Shown here: piece by piece, positions 49,729-59,594 of the stretch
Numbering within the stretch: position 1 is the stretch's first letter
How the letters are laid out: each line of letters opens with the position of its first letter
Origin: an uncultured delta proteobacterium
GTDB taxonomy: Bacteria > Myxococcota > Myxococcia > Myxococcales > Myxococcaceae
Direction of reading: 5' to 3'
Assembly (NCBI GenBank): GCA_963713045.1
Contig: CAVQKE010000003.1
Location: 992,001-1,056,000 of the forward strand
DNA length: 64,000 bases
The notes under the pieces: model-generated
Told to the model about the DNA's origin: nothing
What the model saw: only the letters and a program-made list of their open reading frames with translations
Database searches by the model: none
Program-made: the position numbers and the translations under genes

Positions 49729-50232
49729 ATGGCCAAAGACAGCACCGTCGCTCCGAAAGAGCGCGTCAACATCCTTTACAAGTCTGAAGTCGGGGGGGCC
49801 CAGGAAGAGGTCGAGCTTCCAATGAACGTCCTGGTGATGGGCGAGTACAACGAGAATATCCCCGACGACGAGAAGACCCTTGAGGACCGCAAGACGGTCA
49901 GCGTCGACAAGGACAACTTCAACGACGTCCTCGCGAAACAAAACCTGAAGGTGGCCCTTTCGGTGCCGGACAAGCTGTCGGGCGAGAAGGATGCCCAGCT
50001 GAAAGCCGAGCTGTCGTTCAAGAGTCTGAACGACTTCGGACCGGAAGCGATTGTGCAACAGGTGCCGGAGTTGAAGAAGCTCCTCGAATTGCGCTCCGCC
50101 CTCACCTCACTCAAGAGCCCACTCGGAAACGCGCCGGCGTTCCGCAAGAAGCTGCAGACACTGTTGGGGGATGAAACGACGCGCGCAAAACTGATGGCCG
50201 AACTCGGTCTCGGTACCGATGAGAAGAAGTAG
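49729..50232 (+). CDS. tssB: T6SS sheath small subunit TssB
   Basis: APKERVNI.Y, ELP..VLVMG, VDKDNFN and DFGPEAIVQQVPEL..LLELR motifs; GGGGAG SD. Confidence 0.96.
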   Translation: MAKDSTVAPKERVNILYKSEVGGAQEEVELPMNVLVMGEYNENIPDDEKTLEDRKTVSVDKDNFNDVLAKQNLKVALSVPDKLSGEKDAQLKAELSFKSLNDFGPEAIVQQVPELKKLLELRSALTSLKSPLGNAPAFRKKLQTLLGDETTRAKLMAELGLGTDEKK

Positions 50233-50243
50233 GAGCTAACGAC

Positions 50244-51731
50244 ATGGCTGACCCGAAGACCGAAGCCGCTCCCGCAGGCGCCAAAGCACAAGCCGAAGGC
50301 TCGCTTCTCGACGACATCCTCGCCGAGACGCGGTTGAAGCCTTCCGATGATGCCTACGCCATCGCTCGGCAAGGCGTCACCGCCTTCATCACCGAGCTCC
50401 TGGCCCCGGGACGCAACCTCGAACGCGTGGATAAGGCAGCTGTCGACGCGATGATTGCCGAGCTTGATGCGCGGATGAGCGCTCAGGTGAACGAGATTCT
50501 CCACCAGCCCGCATTCCAAAAGCTGGAGTCAGCTTGGCGCGGTTTGCGGTTCCTCATCGAGCGGACCGACTTTCGCGAGAACATTCGGGTTCAGCTGCTC
50601 AACGTTTCGAAGGATGAGCTGATCCAAGACTTCGACAACGAACCCGACCTTCCGAACTCGGGCCTCTACAACATCGCCTACAAGCGGGAATACGGCGTGC
50701 TGGGTGGAAAGCCCTACGGCGTCATCTGTGCCAACTACGAGTTCGGAGCGGGTCCGCAGGACATGGCGCTCTTGCAAAAAATGGCCGCCGTGGCGGCCAT
50801 GGCGCATGCGCCCATCATCACCAACGCGTCGGCTGAGTTCTTCGGTCCAGACAAGAGCTTCCTGAACCTACCCAACCTGAAGGACCTCAAAGCACTCTTC
50901 GAGGGGCCGCAGTACGCACGCTGGCACAGCTTCCGGGACAGCGAAGACGCTCGCTACGTCGGTCTGTGCATGCCGCGCTTCCTGTCGCGCCTGCCCTACG
51001 GTGAGAATCAAATCCCGGTCAAGGCCTTCAACTTCACCGAGGACGTGGTGGGCTCGCACGACAAGTACCTGTGGGCACCGGCCTCACTGGCGCTGACCAG
51101 TCGCGTGGTGGACAGCTTCGCGAAATTTCGGTGGGCGCCCAACATCATTGGTCCCCAGTCGGGCGGAACAGTCGAAAACCTGCCGCTGCACCAGTATCAG
51201 GCGATGGGAGCGGTCCAAACGAAAATCCCGACGGAAATCAGCCTGACCGAGCGGCGGGAGTATGAGCTCTCCGAGGAGGGCTTCATCGGGCTGACGTACC
51301 GCAAGGAGTCCGACAACGCGGCCTTCTTCTCCGCGAACTCGGCGCAGAAGCCCAAGTTGTTCGGGAATAACCCAGACGGCAAGGCAGCGGAGACGAATTT
51401 CCGTCTCGGCACTCAGCTCCCCTACATGTTCATCATGACCCGCCTCGCGCACTACATCAAAGTGCTGCAGCGGGAGCAGATTGGAAGCTGGAAGGAGCGC
51501 GCGGATTTGGAGCGCGAGCTAAACGTCTGGATCAATCAGTACGTCGCAGACATGGAAGACGCGGCACCTTCGGTCCGCAGTTCACGCCCACTGCGGTCAG
51601 CGAAAATCACCGTGAGCGACGTGGAGGGCCAGCCCGGGTGGTACCGGTGCAGCATCCACGTTCGCCCACATTTTAAGTACATGGGCGCGTCCTTCACGCT
51701 GTCGCTGGTGGGCAAGCTCGATAAGGAGTGA
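50244..51731 (+). CDS. tssC: T6SS sheath large subunit TssC
   Basis: QVNEILH...FQKLESAWRGL, PRFL.RLPYG, LPYMF..TRLAHYIKV and RPHF motifs. Confidence 0.97.
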   Translation: MADPKTEAAPAGAKAQAEGSLLDDILAETRLKPSDDAYAIARQGVTAFITELLAPGRNLERVDKAAVDAMIAELDARMSAQVNEILHQPAFQKLESAWRGLRFLIERTDFRENIRVQLLNVSKDELIQDFDNEPDLPNSGLYNIAYKREYGVLGGKPYGVICANYEFGAGPQDMALLQKMAAVAAMAHAPIITNASAEFFGPDKSFLNLPNLKDLKALFEGPQYARWHSFRDSEDARYVGLCMPRFLSRLPYGENQIPVKAFNFTEDVVGSHDKYLWAPASLALTSRVVDSFAKFRWAPNIIGPQSGGTVENLPLHQYQAMGAVQTKIPTEISLTERREYELSEEGFIGLTYRKESDNAAFFSANSAQKPKLFGNNPDGKAAETNFRLGTQLPYMFIMTRLAHYIKVLQREQIGSWKERADLERELNVWINQYVADMEDAAPSVRSSRPLRSAKITVSDVEGQPGWYRCSIHVRPHFKYMGASFTLSLVGKLDKE

Positions 51732-51738
51732 GCACGTT

Positions 51739-52228
51739 ATGGCCGAACCCGTCTATTTGTTCCTGAAGGTCAATGGCAACGCGGTCAAGGGGGATAGCAC
51801 CCAGTCCAGTTTGGACCGAAAGGACTCCATCGAGTGCCTGTCATTCGATGAGGGTGCCGAGGGCGCGCGAGAATCCGGCGACTGGAGCCGCCACCGGGCG
51901 GCGACGTTACGAGCCGCTTCGATTCACAACACGCATCGGCAAGGCCACACCCCTGATTCTCAAGGCGATGACCCAAAACCAGGTGTGCGAGGGCATTTTT
52001 AAGTTCTACCGACCGAACCCCAAGGGGGACGGCACGACCGAGCAGTTCTTCTCCGTCGAGTTCAAAGGCGGCCGAATCTTCAGTCAAAAGTTGGTTGTCT
52101 TGGACACGCTCGACCCAGAGGCGATCCACCATCCGCCCCTGGAGGAAATCAGCGTCGTCTTCACCGGCATCACCCAGACGTACACCGATGGTGGCATCAC
52201 CCACGAGGACAGCTGGGAAAAGGGGTAG
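51739..52228 (+). pseudogene. hcp: T6SS tube protein Hcp (TssD), split by a +1 frameshift near 51871-51880
   Basis: Frame 1 gives MAEPVYLFLKVNG..VKGDSTQSSLDRKDSIEC. Frame 2 gives ATG.ATGRRRYEPL...ATPL....FKFYRPNP.GDGTTEQF...PLEEIS.VF..I...Y.DGGITHEDSW. The span is 490 nt (3n+1). Confidence 0.9.
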
Positions 52229-52255
52229 GCCCCTCGGGCCAGTCTCCGAAAGGCA

Positions 52256-52642
52256 ATGCCGCGCGGACTGCTTACCAGGCTCGAGGGCGGCGGTACTTCT
52301 GCACGCGCTTCTGCCGCGGCGTCTCCGGACATCGCGGCGCATCTGCGCGCGTTGCTCAACACCCGCATCGGCTCGGCGCCGACCGCGCTCGCCTACGGGG
52401 TGGTCGACTTCACCGACCTGGTGCACACCTTTCCGAAGTCGATTCCCGCCCTGGCCGCTTCCATCCGGGCCACCATCCTCACTTTCGAGCCACGGCTGAA
52501 GAATGTCGGCGTCCGGCATCTGCCGGACGAGGACCCATGGATGCTGAAGTTCGAAATTTCGGCCCAGTTCGCTGATGGAAAGGGCGGCACGGTACGCTTT
52601 CGAACCGAGGTCTCCCCGTCGGGGCAGGTCGTGGTGGCCTAA
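52256..52642 (+). CDS. tssE: T6SS baseplate TssE (gp25-like)
   Basis: HLRALLNTR, YGV.DF and FEPRL..V.V motifs. Confidence 0.92.
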   Translation: MPRGLLTRLEGGGTSARASAAASPDIAAHLRALLNTRIGSAPTALAYGVVDFTDLVHTFPKSIPALAASIRATILTFEPRLKNVGVRHLPDEDPWMLKFEISAQFADGKGGTVRFRTEVSPSGQVVVA

Positions 52643-52661
52643 GCTGCTCGTCTGACGCGCC

Positions 52662-54404
52662 ATGTTCAGCAAGTACTACGAGGCCGAGCTGGCTTACTTG
52701 AGGGAGCTCGGCCGCGCCTTCGCCCAGGCACACCCCTCGACCGCCGGGCTTCTGGCCGAGCGAAGTGGAGACCCGGACGTGGAGCGGCTGCTCGAAGGCT
52801 TCGCCTTCGTCGCGGCGCGCATTCGAGAGCGCACCGACGACGCCGTCCCCGAAGTCATCCACGGCTTAGCCGACCTGCTGCTTCCCCAGTACCTGCGACC
52901 GATTCCGGCCTGCACCATCGTCGAGTTCCTGCCTCAGGCACGAGCCCTGCGCGCGGCAGTCAAGGTGCCTCGCGGAGCGGAAGTCGCTTCGACGCCAGTG
53001 GACGGCACCTCTTGCCTGTTCCGCACGACGCAGGACGTAACGCTGCTCCCGGTCACGCTCGGCGAAACTGTCCTCGACATGCCGTCGGTCACCAATCCGC
53101 TGCTCCGAGTCCAGGTCCAAGCCCCTGGGCCCGCGCGGGAGGTGCTTCTCAGCGAAGGCTCGCTCCGGTTTTTTCTTCACGGTGAATATCCACTGGTGGC
53201 GACCCTCTTCCTCTGGCTCTTTCGGCATTGCCGCGCCATTTCGGTCGGAGAGCCGAACTCGGCGACGCCGGGAGTGCGACTTCCCGCGGACAGCATTCGG
53301 CCGGTGTCCTTTGGCCCCGAGGCAGCGCTCTTCCCCTGGCCGCGGATGGCCTCTGAGGGCTACCGGGCAGTGCAGGAGTACTTCACGCTTCCGCAGAAAT
53401 TCCTCTTCTTCGACTTGGTGAATTTGCCGCAGGCGGCTGCCGCCCTCAAGGAACGCTTCGAGCTGCGCTTTGAGTTCGAGAGGCCTCCCGCCCTTCAGCA
53501 ACGCGTCCCGCGCGACGTCCTCCGCCTTCACTGCAGCCCGGCCATCAACCTCTTCCATGCCGAGGGCGAGCCCATCCGCATCCAAGCCCCCGGGCAGGAA
53601 CGCCTGGTGCGCGCCGCCGGCGTCGAGGCCTCCGCGATGGAGGTGTACTCGGTCGACCAGGTGCTGGCGCTTCGTCCCGGCCAACCAGAACGTGAGCAGC
53701 TCAAGCCCTTCACCGACTTCACCCACATTGGACAGTCCGATGCCTTCTACCAGCTGCGTCGGAGCCTCTCCCCCATCGACGACGGCGTGGACACCTATCT
53801 CGCGCTGGAATCTCCACGCGACGTTCCTCCACGCCTCGAGGAGTGCACGCTCTCGCTCGAGCTGACGTGCACCCATCGGTCGCTGCCTGGACGGCTTCGC
53901 ATTGGCGAGGTGAGTGTCCCCACGCCGGCCTCTCCCACCCTCGCCCGCTTCACCAACCTCTTGCCGGTGAGCCAACCGCTCCGCCCACCTTTGGGAAGCG
54001 AAGTCCTTTGGCGGGTGGTTGCACACCTCGCGCTGGTGAAGCGCTCGCTGGCAGAACCGAACCTCCTCGCCTCGGTGCTGGGGCTCTACAACTTTCAAGC
54101 GCTGGGCGACGAGCCGGTGGGCCGGGCCAACACCCGGCGCATCGAGGCGGTCCGCGCTGTCGAGGTCGAGCCTTCGCGCCAGCTTTTTCAGGGCGCCATC
54201 GTGCGTGGACAGCGCACCCTGGTGGAGCTGGAGGAGTCTGGCTTCGCCGGGCCGGGGGATTTGTTTCTCTTTGGCTGGGTGCTGGACGAGCTTTTCGCTG
54301 CCAACCTGACCCTCAACGCCTTTCACAGCCTCAAGGTGCGCCAAACCCCGTCGAAGACGGAGTACTCGTGGACGCCGAGAACGGGCAGCCAACCCCTGGC
54401 TTAG
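52662..54404 (+). CDS. tssF: T6SS baseplate TssF
   Basis: YYEAELAYLRELG..FA..HP, DPDVERLLEGFAF, EYFTLPQKFLF and LHCSPAINLF motifs. Confidence 0.96.
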   Translation: MFSKYYEAELAYLRELGRAFAQAHPSTAGLLAERSGDPDVERLLEGFAFVAARIRERTDDAVPEVIHGLADLLLPQYLRPIPACTIVEFLPQARALRAAVKVPRGAEVASTPVDGTSCLFRTTQDVTLLPVTLGETVLDMPSVTNPLLRVQVQAPGPAREVLLSEGSLRFFLHGEYPLVATLFLWLFRHCRAISVGEPNSATPGVRLPADSIRPVSFGPEAALFPWPRMASEGYRAVQEYFTLPQKFLFFDLVNLPQAAAALKERFELRFEFERPPALQQRVPRDVLRLHCSPAINLFHAEGEPIRIQAPGQERLVRAAGVEASAMEVYSVDQVLALRPGQPEREQLKPFTDFTHIGQSDAFYQLRRSLSPIDDGVDTYLALESPRDVPPRLEECTLSLELTCTHRSLPGRLRIGEVSVPTPASPTLARFTNLLPVSQPLRPPLGSEVLWRVVAHLALVKRSLAEPNLLASVLGLYNFQALGDEPVGRANTRRIEAVRAVEVEPSRQLFQGAIVRGQRTLVELEESGFAGPGDLFLFGWVLDELFAANLTLNAFHSLKVRQTPSKTEYSWTPRTGSQPLA

Positions 54405-55462
54405 AGACGAGCTCCGAGGCACTTGCTTCGCTGAGGCTCGGCTTCATGGCACTCGTCCGGCTGCTCGAGAAGCTCGCACCGGACGCGGTGCGGGTGGGCG
54501 AGCAAGGACCCCCGACGTCGGAGGGAATCCGCTTTCACCACGACCCGTCCCTTCACTTCCACGCCGGGGACGTGGTGGAGCTCACCCGGGTGGATGGCGC
54601 AGTCGACTGGAACACCGGGCGCGCTTCGAGCGTGTTCCACCTCACCAGCAGCTTTCTCGGGCTGACAGGGGCAGTCTCTCCGCTGCCGGCTTACTTCGCC
54701 GAGGAACTGGTCCTCGAGGACCCCGACCATCCCGTCCGGCGCGATTTTTATGACCTCTTTCACCACCGCCTGCTGTCGCTCTTCTTTCGGGCGGTGGTGC
54801 GATACCAGCTTTCCGCAGAGCACACCGCCCACCTCCAAGATGGCTGGAGTCATCGGGTGCTCGGGCTGTTGGGGGTGGACGTGGCCGCCGGCCCACCACC
54901 GGGGGCCCTCGGCCCAGCCCGGCTTCTCCAGCTTGCGCCCCTACTGGCCCGGCGGAGTCGCGGGCCCCGAGCGCTCGAGGTCGGCCTCCAAGTCGTCCTC
55001 GAGGAGCATCTTCCCGGTGCAACCATTGCAGTCAAGGAATGCGCCGGGCAGTGGTCGGAAGTGGATGCAGCCAGTTGGAGTCAGCTCGGTCAGCACTGTT
55101 CACGCTTGGGGCAGGACCTCCTCCTCGGTCGGCACATCTTCAGCCGTGCAGGTTCTTTCGCGGTGCACATTGGCCCGGTGACGTGGCGCGTCTACGAAAG
55201 GCTGCGCCGCGGCGGCGACCTGCTCGCACTCGTCCAGGAGGTTGTCGGCTGGTTGGTCCGAGACCCCTTGGATTACGTCCTGGTGGTCACGCTTCTGCCT
55301 CGGGAGGCGCCTGGGCTCCAGCTCACTGCGCAGGGAGCGTCCCGCTTGGGCCGTGACGCTTGGCTCCTCACCCGTGCCGAGGAAACCGTCCTGGTGGTTG
55401 ACCCGAGTCGCGAGGCAGCCACCGGGCGGGAAATGTTGCAGAAGTCCGGACGCCTTCACTAG
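54368..55462 (+). CDS. tssG: T6SS baseplate TssG
   Basis: FLGLTGAVSPLP.Y and DFYDLFHHRLLSLF motifs. GTG 54368 has a GGAG SD and overlaps the tssF end. Confidence 0.92.
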   Translation: MDAENGQPTPGLETSSEALASLRLGFMALVRLLEKLAPDAVRVGEQGPPTSEGIRFHHDPSLHFHAGDVVELTRVDGAVDWNTGRASSVFHLTSSFLGLTGAVSPLPAYFAEELVLEDPDHPVRRDFYDLFHHRLLSLFFRAVVRYQLSAEHTAHLQDGWSHRVLGLLGVDVAAGPPPGALGPARLLQLAPLLARRSRGPRALEVGLQVVLEEHLPGATIAVKECAGQWSEVDAASWSQLGQHCSRLGQDLLLGRHIFSRAGSFAVHIGPVTWRVYERLRRGGDLLALVQEVVGWLVRDPLDYVLVVTLLPREAPGLQLTAQGASRLGRDAWLLTRAEETVLVVDPSREAATGREMLQKSGRLH

Positions 55463-55485
55463 CCTTCCATCTCAGGGGGTGCAGC

Positions 55486-58113
55486 ATGCTGGTCGAGCCG
55501 AAAGCACTCGTTCGTCGCTTGACCCCAACAGCGACGCGGCTGCTGGAGGAGGGCGTCTCGCGGGCAGCAAGCACTCGCTGCTATGAGATTATTGTCGAGC
55601 ACCTCCTCACCGTGATGCTCGAGCAGGAGCAGGGAGACAGCGCTCTGCTGCTGCAACACCATGGCATCGACCGGCTGAAACTCAAGGCCCACGTCGACCG
55701 GGTCCTCCAGAGCCTGCGGACCGGAAACGCCGGTCGGCCAGTTTTCTCGGAGAGCCTGTTCCAGTGGATGGAGGATGCGTGGGTGGTGGCCTCGATTGAC
55801 GCCGGCGCGGTCCGGCTCCGGTCTGGCTACCTATTGGCCCAGCTCATCCTGCGCCCCGGCAAGTACACCTCCGAGAGCTACCCGGAGCTGGAAGGCCTGT
55901 CCAAGGACGCGGTGCGGGGCTCGCTCGATGAGGTGCTTTCGACCTCCCCCGAAGCCCTGGACGTTGTCCCAGCCGCGGCGCCTGGGAGCGCGGCCGCGGC
56001 CCCGCCGACTTCTGGAGCCGTGGGCACTGAAGCACTGCGGAAGTACGCCACCTGCTTCACCGAGAAGGCACGGGCCGGAAAGATTGACCCCATCTTCGGT
56101 CGACACCGGGAGATACGGCAGATGGTCGACATTCTCGCCCGACGCCGCAAGAACAACCCCATCCTGGTGGGCGAGCCAGGCGTGGGCAAGACAGCACTGG
56201 TGGAGGGGTTGGCCCGGGCCATCGCCCTGGGCGACGTCCCCGAGTCGTTGCGCAAGACCGAGCTCTACGGGCTGGACCTGGGCTTGCTTCAGGCCGGCGC
56301 GGGAGTCCGCGGGGAATTCGAAAACCGGCTCAAGGCAGTCATCGAGGAGGTGAAGGCATCCCCGGTTCCCATCATCCTCTTCATCGACGAGGCCCATACC
56401 CTCATCGGCGCCGGGGGGACGGCCGGCGGCGGCGATGCGGCCAACCTCCTCAAGCCCGCGCTGGCGCGCGGCGAGTTACGCACGGTGGCCGCTACCACCT
56501 GGAGCGAATTCAAGAAGTATTTCGAGAAGGACGCAGCGCTGGAGCGCCGTTTTCAGCCGGTGAAAGTTGACGAACCATCCGAGGCCGACGCAGTGACCAT
56601 GCTGCGGGGCCTTGCTCCCATCTATGAGAAGGCCCATGGCGTCACCATCCGCGATGAGGCGGTGGTGGCGGCGGTGAGCCTGTCGCACCGCTACCTCTCC
56701 GGCCGACAGCTTCCCGACAAGGCGGTGGACCTGCTCGACACGGCGACCGCGCGGGTGAAGATGGAGCTTTCGACGCGGCCGGACGCACTGGTGGCGCTGG
56801 AAACTGAGGTCGCCGCCTTGAAGGACGCCCGGACCCGGCTGAGCCGGGACGCGGCGGAGGGACACCCGACCGAGGACGGCGCCTTGACTGAGTTGGATGC
56901 CAAACTCGAAGAGGCCGGGAAGCGGATGGCTGAGCTAAAGGCCGCTTGGGAGAAGGAGCAGGCCGCTGTGAAGCGGGTCCAGGAGGCGCAGAAGGCGCTG
57001 GCCGCTGCGTCCGAAGGAACGGACCGCAAGCGGGCTGAGGAGGAGGTCACCAAGGCTCGCGCGGCCCTGAGTGCGGCGCGCGGCGAACAGCCGCTGGTGC
57101 ATGCAGATGTGGACACGGATGCCGTGGCGCAGGTCATCTCCAGCTGGACCGGCATCCCCGCCGGGAAGATGCGGAGCGACCTTGCCGAGCGAGTCCTCAA
57201 CCTCGAGGCGCTCCTGGAGAAGCGCATTCGCGGACAGCCGGCGGCCATCCGTTCCGTGGCCGAGGTCATTCGCATGGCCCACGCCGGCATCCGCAACCCG
57301 GATACACCGGTCGGCGTGCTGCTCTTCGTCGGTCCCTCGGGTGTAGGGAAAACCGAGACCGCCATCGCCCTGGCGGATGCGCTCTACGGTGGCGAGCGCT
57401 TCATGACCAGCATCAACATGTCGGAGTTTCAGGAGAAACACACCGTGTCCCGGCTGGTGGGTTCTCCGCCCGGCTACGTCGGATATGGTGAAGGTGGCGT
57501 TCTCACCGAGGCCGTCCGCCAACGGCCGTACTCCGTGGTGCTGCTCGACGAGTGCGAAAAAGCCGACCTCGAGGTGATGAACCTCTTCTACCAAGTGTTC
57601 GACAAGGGCATTCTCAACGATGGCGAAGGGCGAAGCATCGACTTCCGAAATACGGTCATCGTTCTCACCAGTAACCTGGCCTCGGACCGGACCGCGGCCC
57701 TCTTTGCCGACGGCGCTCAGCCGTCCGCGGCCGCGGTGCTCGAGGCCATCCGGCCAGTCCTCAGTCAGCATTTCAAGCCAGCGCTTCTCGCCCGGATGAC
57801 CATCGTCCCCTACGCGCCCATCGGTCCGGCGGTGATGGGGGAAATTGTTCGCCTCAAGCTCGGCTCGCTTGCACGTCGTTTGGAGACGGCACACGGAATC
57901 GAAGCCACCTTCGCGCCGGAAATGGTGGAGACCTTGGCTGCCCGTTGCACCGAGGGAGAGACGGGCGCACGCAACGTGGACCAGACTCTGCGCAACTCCC
58001 TCATGCCGGACCTGGCTCGAGAGCTTCTCGGACGAATGGCGTCCGGGACCGTCCCTGGGAAACTCGAGGTCAAGCTCGGTGACCAGGGCGCCTGGGCATT
58101 CGCCTTCGCGTGA
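55486..58113 (+). CDS. tssH: T6SS AAA+ ATPase TssH (ClpV)
   Basis: Two AAA domains (GEPGVGKT; GPSGVGKT), RRRKNNPIL and SRLVGSPPGYVGYGEGGVLTEAVR; located within the T6SS cluster. Confidence 0.96.
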   Translation: MLVEPKALVRRLTPTATRLLEEGVSRAASTRCYEIIVEHLLTVMLEQEQGDSALLLQHHGIDRLKLKAHVDRVLQSLRTGNAGRPVFSESLFQWMEDAWVVASIDAGAVRLRSGYLLAQLILRPGKYTSESYPELEGLSKDAVRGSLDEVLSTSPEALDVVPAAAPGSAAAAPPTSGAVGTEALRKYATCFTEKARAGKIDPIFGRHREIRQMVDILARRRKNNPILVGEPGVGKTALVEGLARAIALGDVPESLRKTELYGLDLGLLQAGAGVRGEFENRLKAVIEEVKASPVPIILFIDEAHTLIGAGGTAGGGDAANLLKPALARGELRTVAATTWSEFKKYFEKDAALERRFQPVKVDEPSEADAVTMLRGLAPIYEKAHGVTIRDEAVVAAVSLSHRYLSGRQLPDKAVDLLDTATARVKMELSTRPDALVALETEVAALKDARTRLSRDAAEGHPTEDGALTELDAKLEEAGKRMAELKAAWEKEQAAVKRVQEAQKALAAASEGTDRKRAEEEVTKARAALSAARGEQPLVHADVDTDAVAQVISSWTGIPAGKMRSDLAERVLNLEALLEKRIRGQPAAIRSVAEVIRMAHAGIRNPDTPVGVLLFVGPSGVGKTETAIALADALYGGERFMTSINMSEFQEKHTVSRLVGSPPGYVGYGEGGVLTEAVRQRPYSVVLLDECEKADLEVMNLFYQVFDKGILNDGEGRSIDFRNTVIVLTSNLASDRTAALFADGAQPSAAAVLEAIRPVLSQHFKPALLARMTIVPYAPIGPAVMGEIVRLKLGSLARRLETAHGIEATFAPEMVETLAARCTEGETGARNVDQTLRNSLMPDLARELLGRMASGTVPGKLEVKLGDQGAWAFAFA

Positions 58114-59594
58114 GCTCACCGGTCGCCACAGGCCTTCCGCTCATCGTCCGAGTCGAGGACCTCGAGAGCGGCGCATCTGCCGAGCACGTCTTTCGAAAAT
58201 CCCCGGTGCGGGTGGGCCGGAACGCCCTCAATGAGCTGACCCTGTCGGCGCCCTTCGTCTCGCTCTCTCACGCCGTCCTCCGCTTCGACGCCGAGCGCAC
58301 CGAAGTGATTGACTTGGGGTCGACCAACGGCGTCCTGGTGGATGGGCGGCGCATCGAGCCCAACGTTCCGGTGGCCGTCACCGCACCATCCGATGTGCGC
58401 ATTGGGGCGCTCCGTCTGCACTTCGGTCGCCTGGCCACCGAGGCGCAACCCGCGGCGCGCGAGCAGACTCAATTCCGCCGCGCGACCGCGCAAATCCGCC
58501 TCACCCCCGGCCACGGCCTTCGGCTCCCACCTGAGCTTCAGGTCGACGGTGCCGAGACTCCGGGAGCCCCCTTCTCTTTGGCCAGTCCAGCTCCCGGTGC
58601 TCCCGCCGGCACCCCGAAGCCACCCTCGTCAAGCGGCGTCGAGGCACCCAAGGTTGAAGTGGTCAAGCTCGGAACGCCTGCCGGTCCGGCCGGGCCTCCC
58701 GAGGCGGGCGAGGCAGCTCTGGTGCAGTCGGTCGAAGCCCTCCATCCGCTTTACGTCGAATATCGCCAGGCTTGGCGCCGCATGCATGAGGCGATGCTGT
58801 CAAGGGCCGCTGGGTACGCCCCGCAGGAGCGGGCACGCTTTGGTTCGCTGCTCGAGGCGAGGATGCCTGCGATTTTCCAAGAGGAGCAGTTCCGCGCTTT
58901 CGCACAATCGGCTCCGGCGAAGGAGATTCCGGCGCCGGGCGCGCCCACCCCTGCTGGGACACTGGCCTCGGGGGAGCAGAGAGGCTTACTTCAAGTTTTT
59001 GCACGCACTTACGCCGGGGGAACGGAACTCTCCTCCGATGCCGATTTCGAGCGGCTCCTCGAGCGAATCTCCGAAGTGTTGGAGGCGTTCGGCACCGCCT
59101 TTCTCGAGCTGCGAAAGGGACAGGCCGAGTTTGGAGAGGGAATCGCGGTGCGGACGGTGACCTCCGACACACCGCTTCGCCGCGCCCGCTCGGCACAGGA
59201 ACTGTTGCGCCTATTACTCGACCCGAGTGCTGACGGCGGCGCGCGAGTCGACGACCTCACCGGTGGGTTTGGAGAGGTGATGATTCACCAGGTGGCGATG
59301 CTCGGCGCCACGCGACGGGGCGTCCGGGCGATGCTGGAACGCTTGAACCCAGCGAAGCTGGAGGGGGACGTCCCCTTCCCAGCGCGCCTGTGGCAAAGGT
59401 GGCAGAGGTTTGAAAGCGCCTGGAATGCGCTGGCCGAGGAAGAACATGCAGTCCAAGTGGTGTTCGGGCCGGAGTTTGCACGCAGCTATGCGATGGTGAT
59501 GGGCGGCCACGCGTCGGGCGCGACCGGTGGAGGAACCGGACACGCCGCCCGGGGCTCAGGCAAGACAGCGAAGCCGAAGGGAGGCCCTCGGTGA
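58110..59594 (+). CDS. FHA-domain T6SS protein (TagH/Fha-like)
   Basis: VRVGR...VSLSHA...DLGSTNG FHA motifs; C-terminal HQVAML...FGPEFARSY typical of TagH. Confidence 0.85.
   Translation: MSSPVATGLPLIVRVEDLESGASAEHVFRKSPVRVGRNALNELTLSAPFVSLSHAVLRFDAERTEVIDLGSTNGVLVDGRRIEPNVPVAVTAPSDVRIGALRLHFGRLATEAQPAAREQTQFRRATAQIRLTPGHGLRLPPELQVDGAETPGAPFSLASPAPGAPAGTPKPPSSSGVEAPKVEVVKLGTPAGPAGPPEAGEAALVQSVEALHPLYVEYRQAWRRMHEAMLSRAAGYAPQERARFGSLLEARMPAIFQEEQFRAFAQSAPAKEIPAPGAPTPAGTLASGEQRGLLQVFARTYAGGTELSSDADFERLLERISEVLEAFGTAFLELRKGQAEFGEGIAVRTVTSDTPLRRARSAQELLRLLLDPSADGGARVDDLTGGFGEVMIHQVAMLGATRRGVRAMLERLNPAKLEGDVPFPARLWQRWQRFESAWNALAEEEHAVQVVFGPEFARSYAMVMGGHASGATGGGTGHAARGSGKTAKPKGGPR

Noticed and set aside
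51865..51885. Programmed frameshift or transcriptional slippage in hcp
   Set aside because: There is no homopolymer run or slippery heptamer at the shift site.
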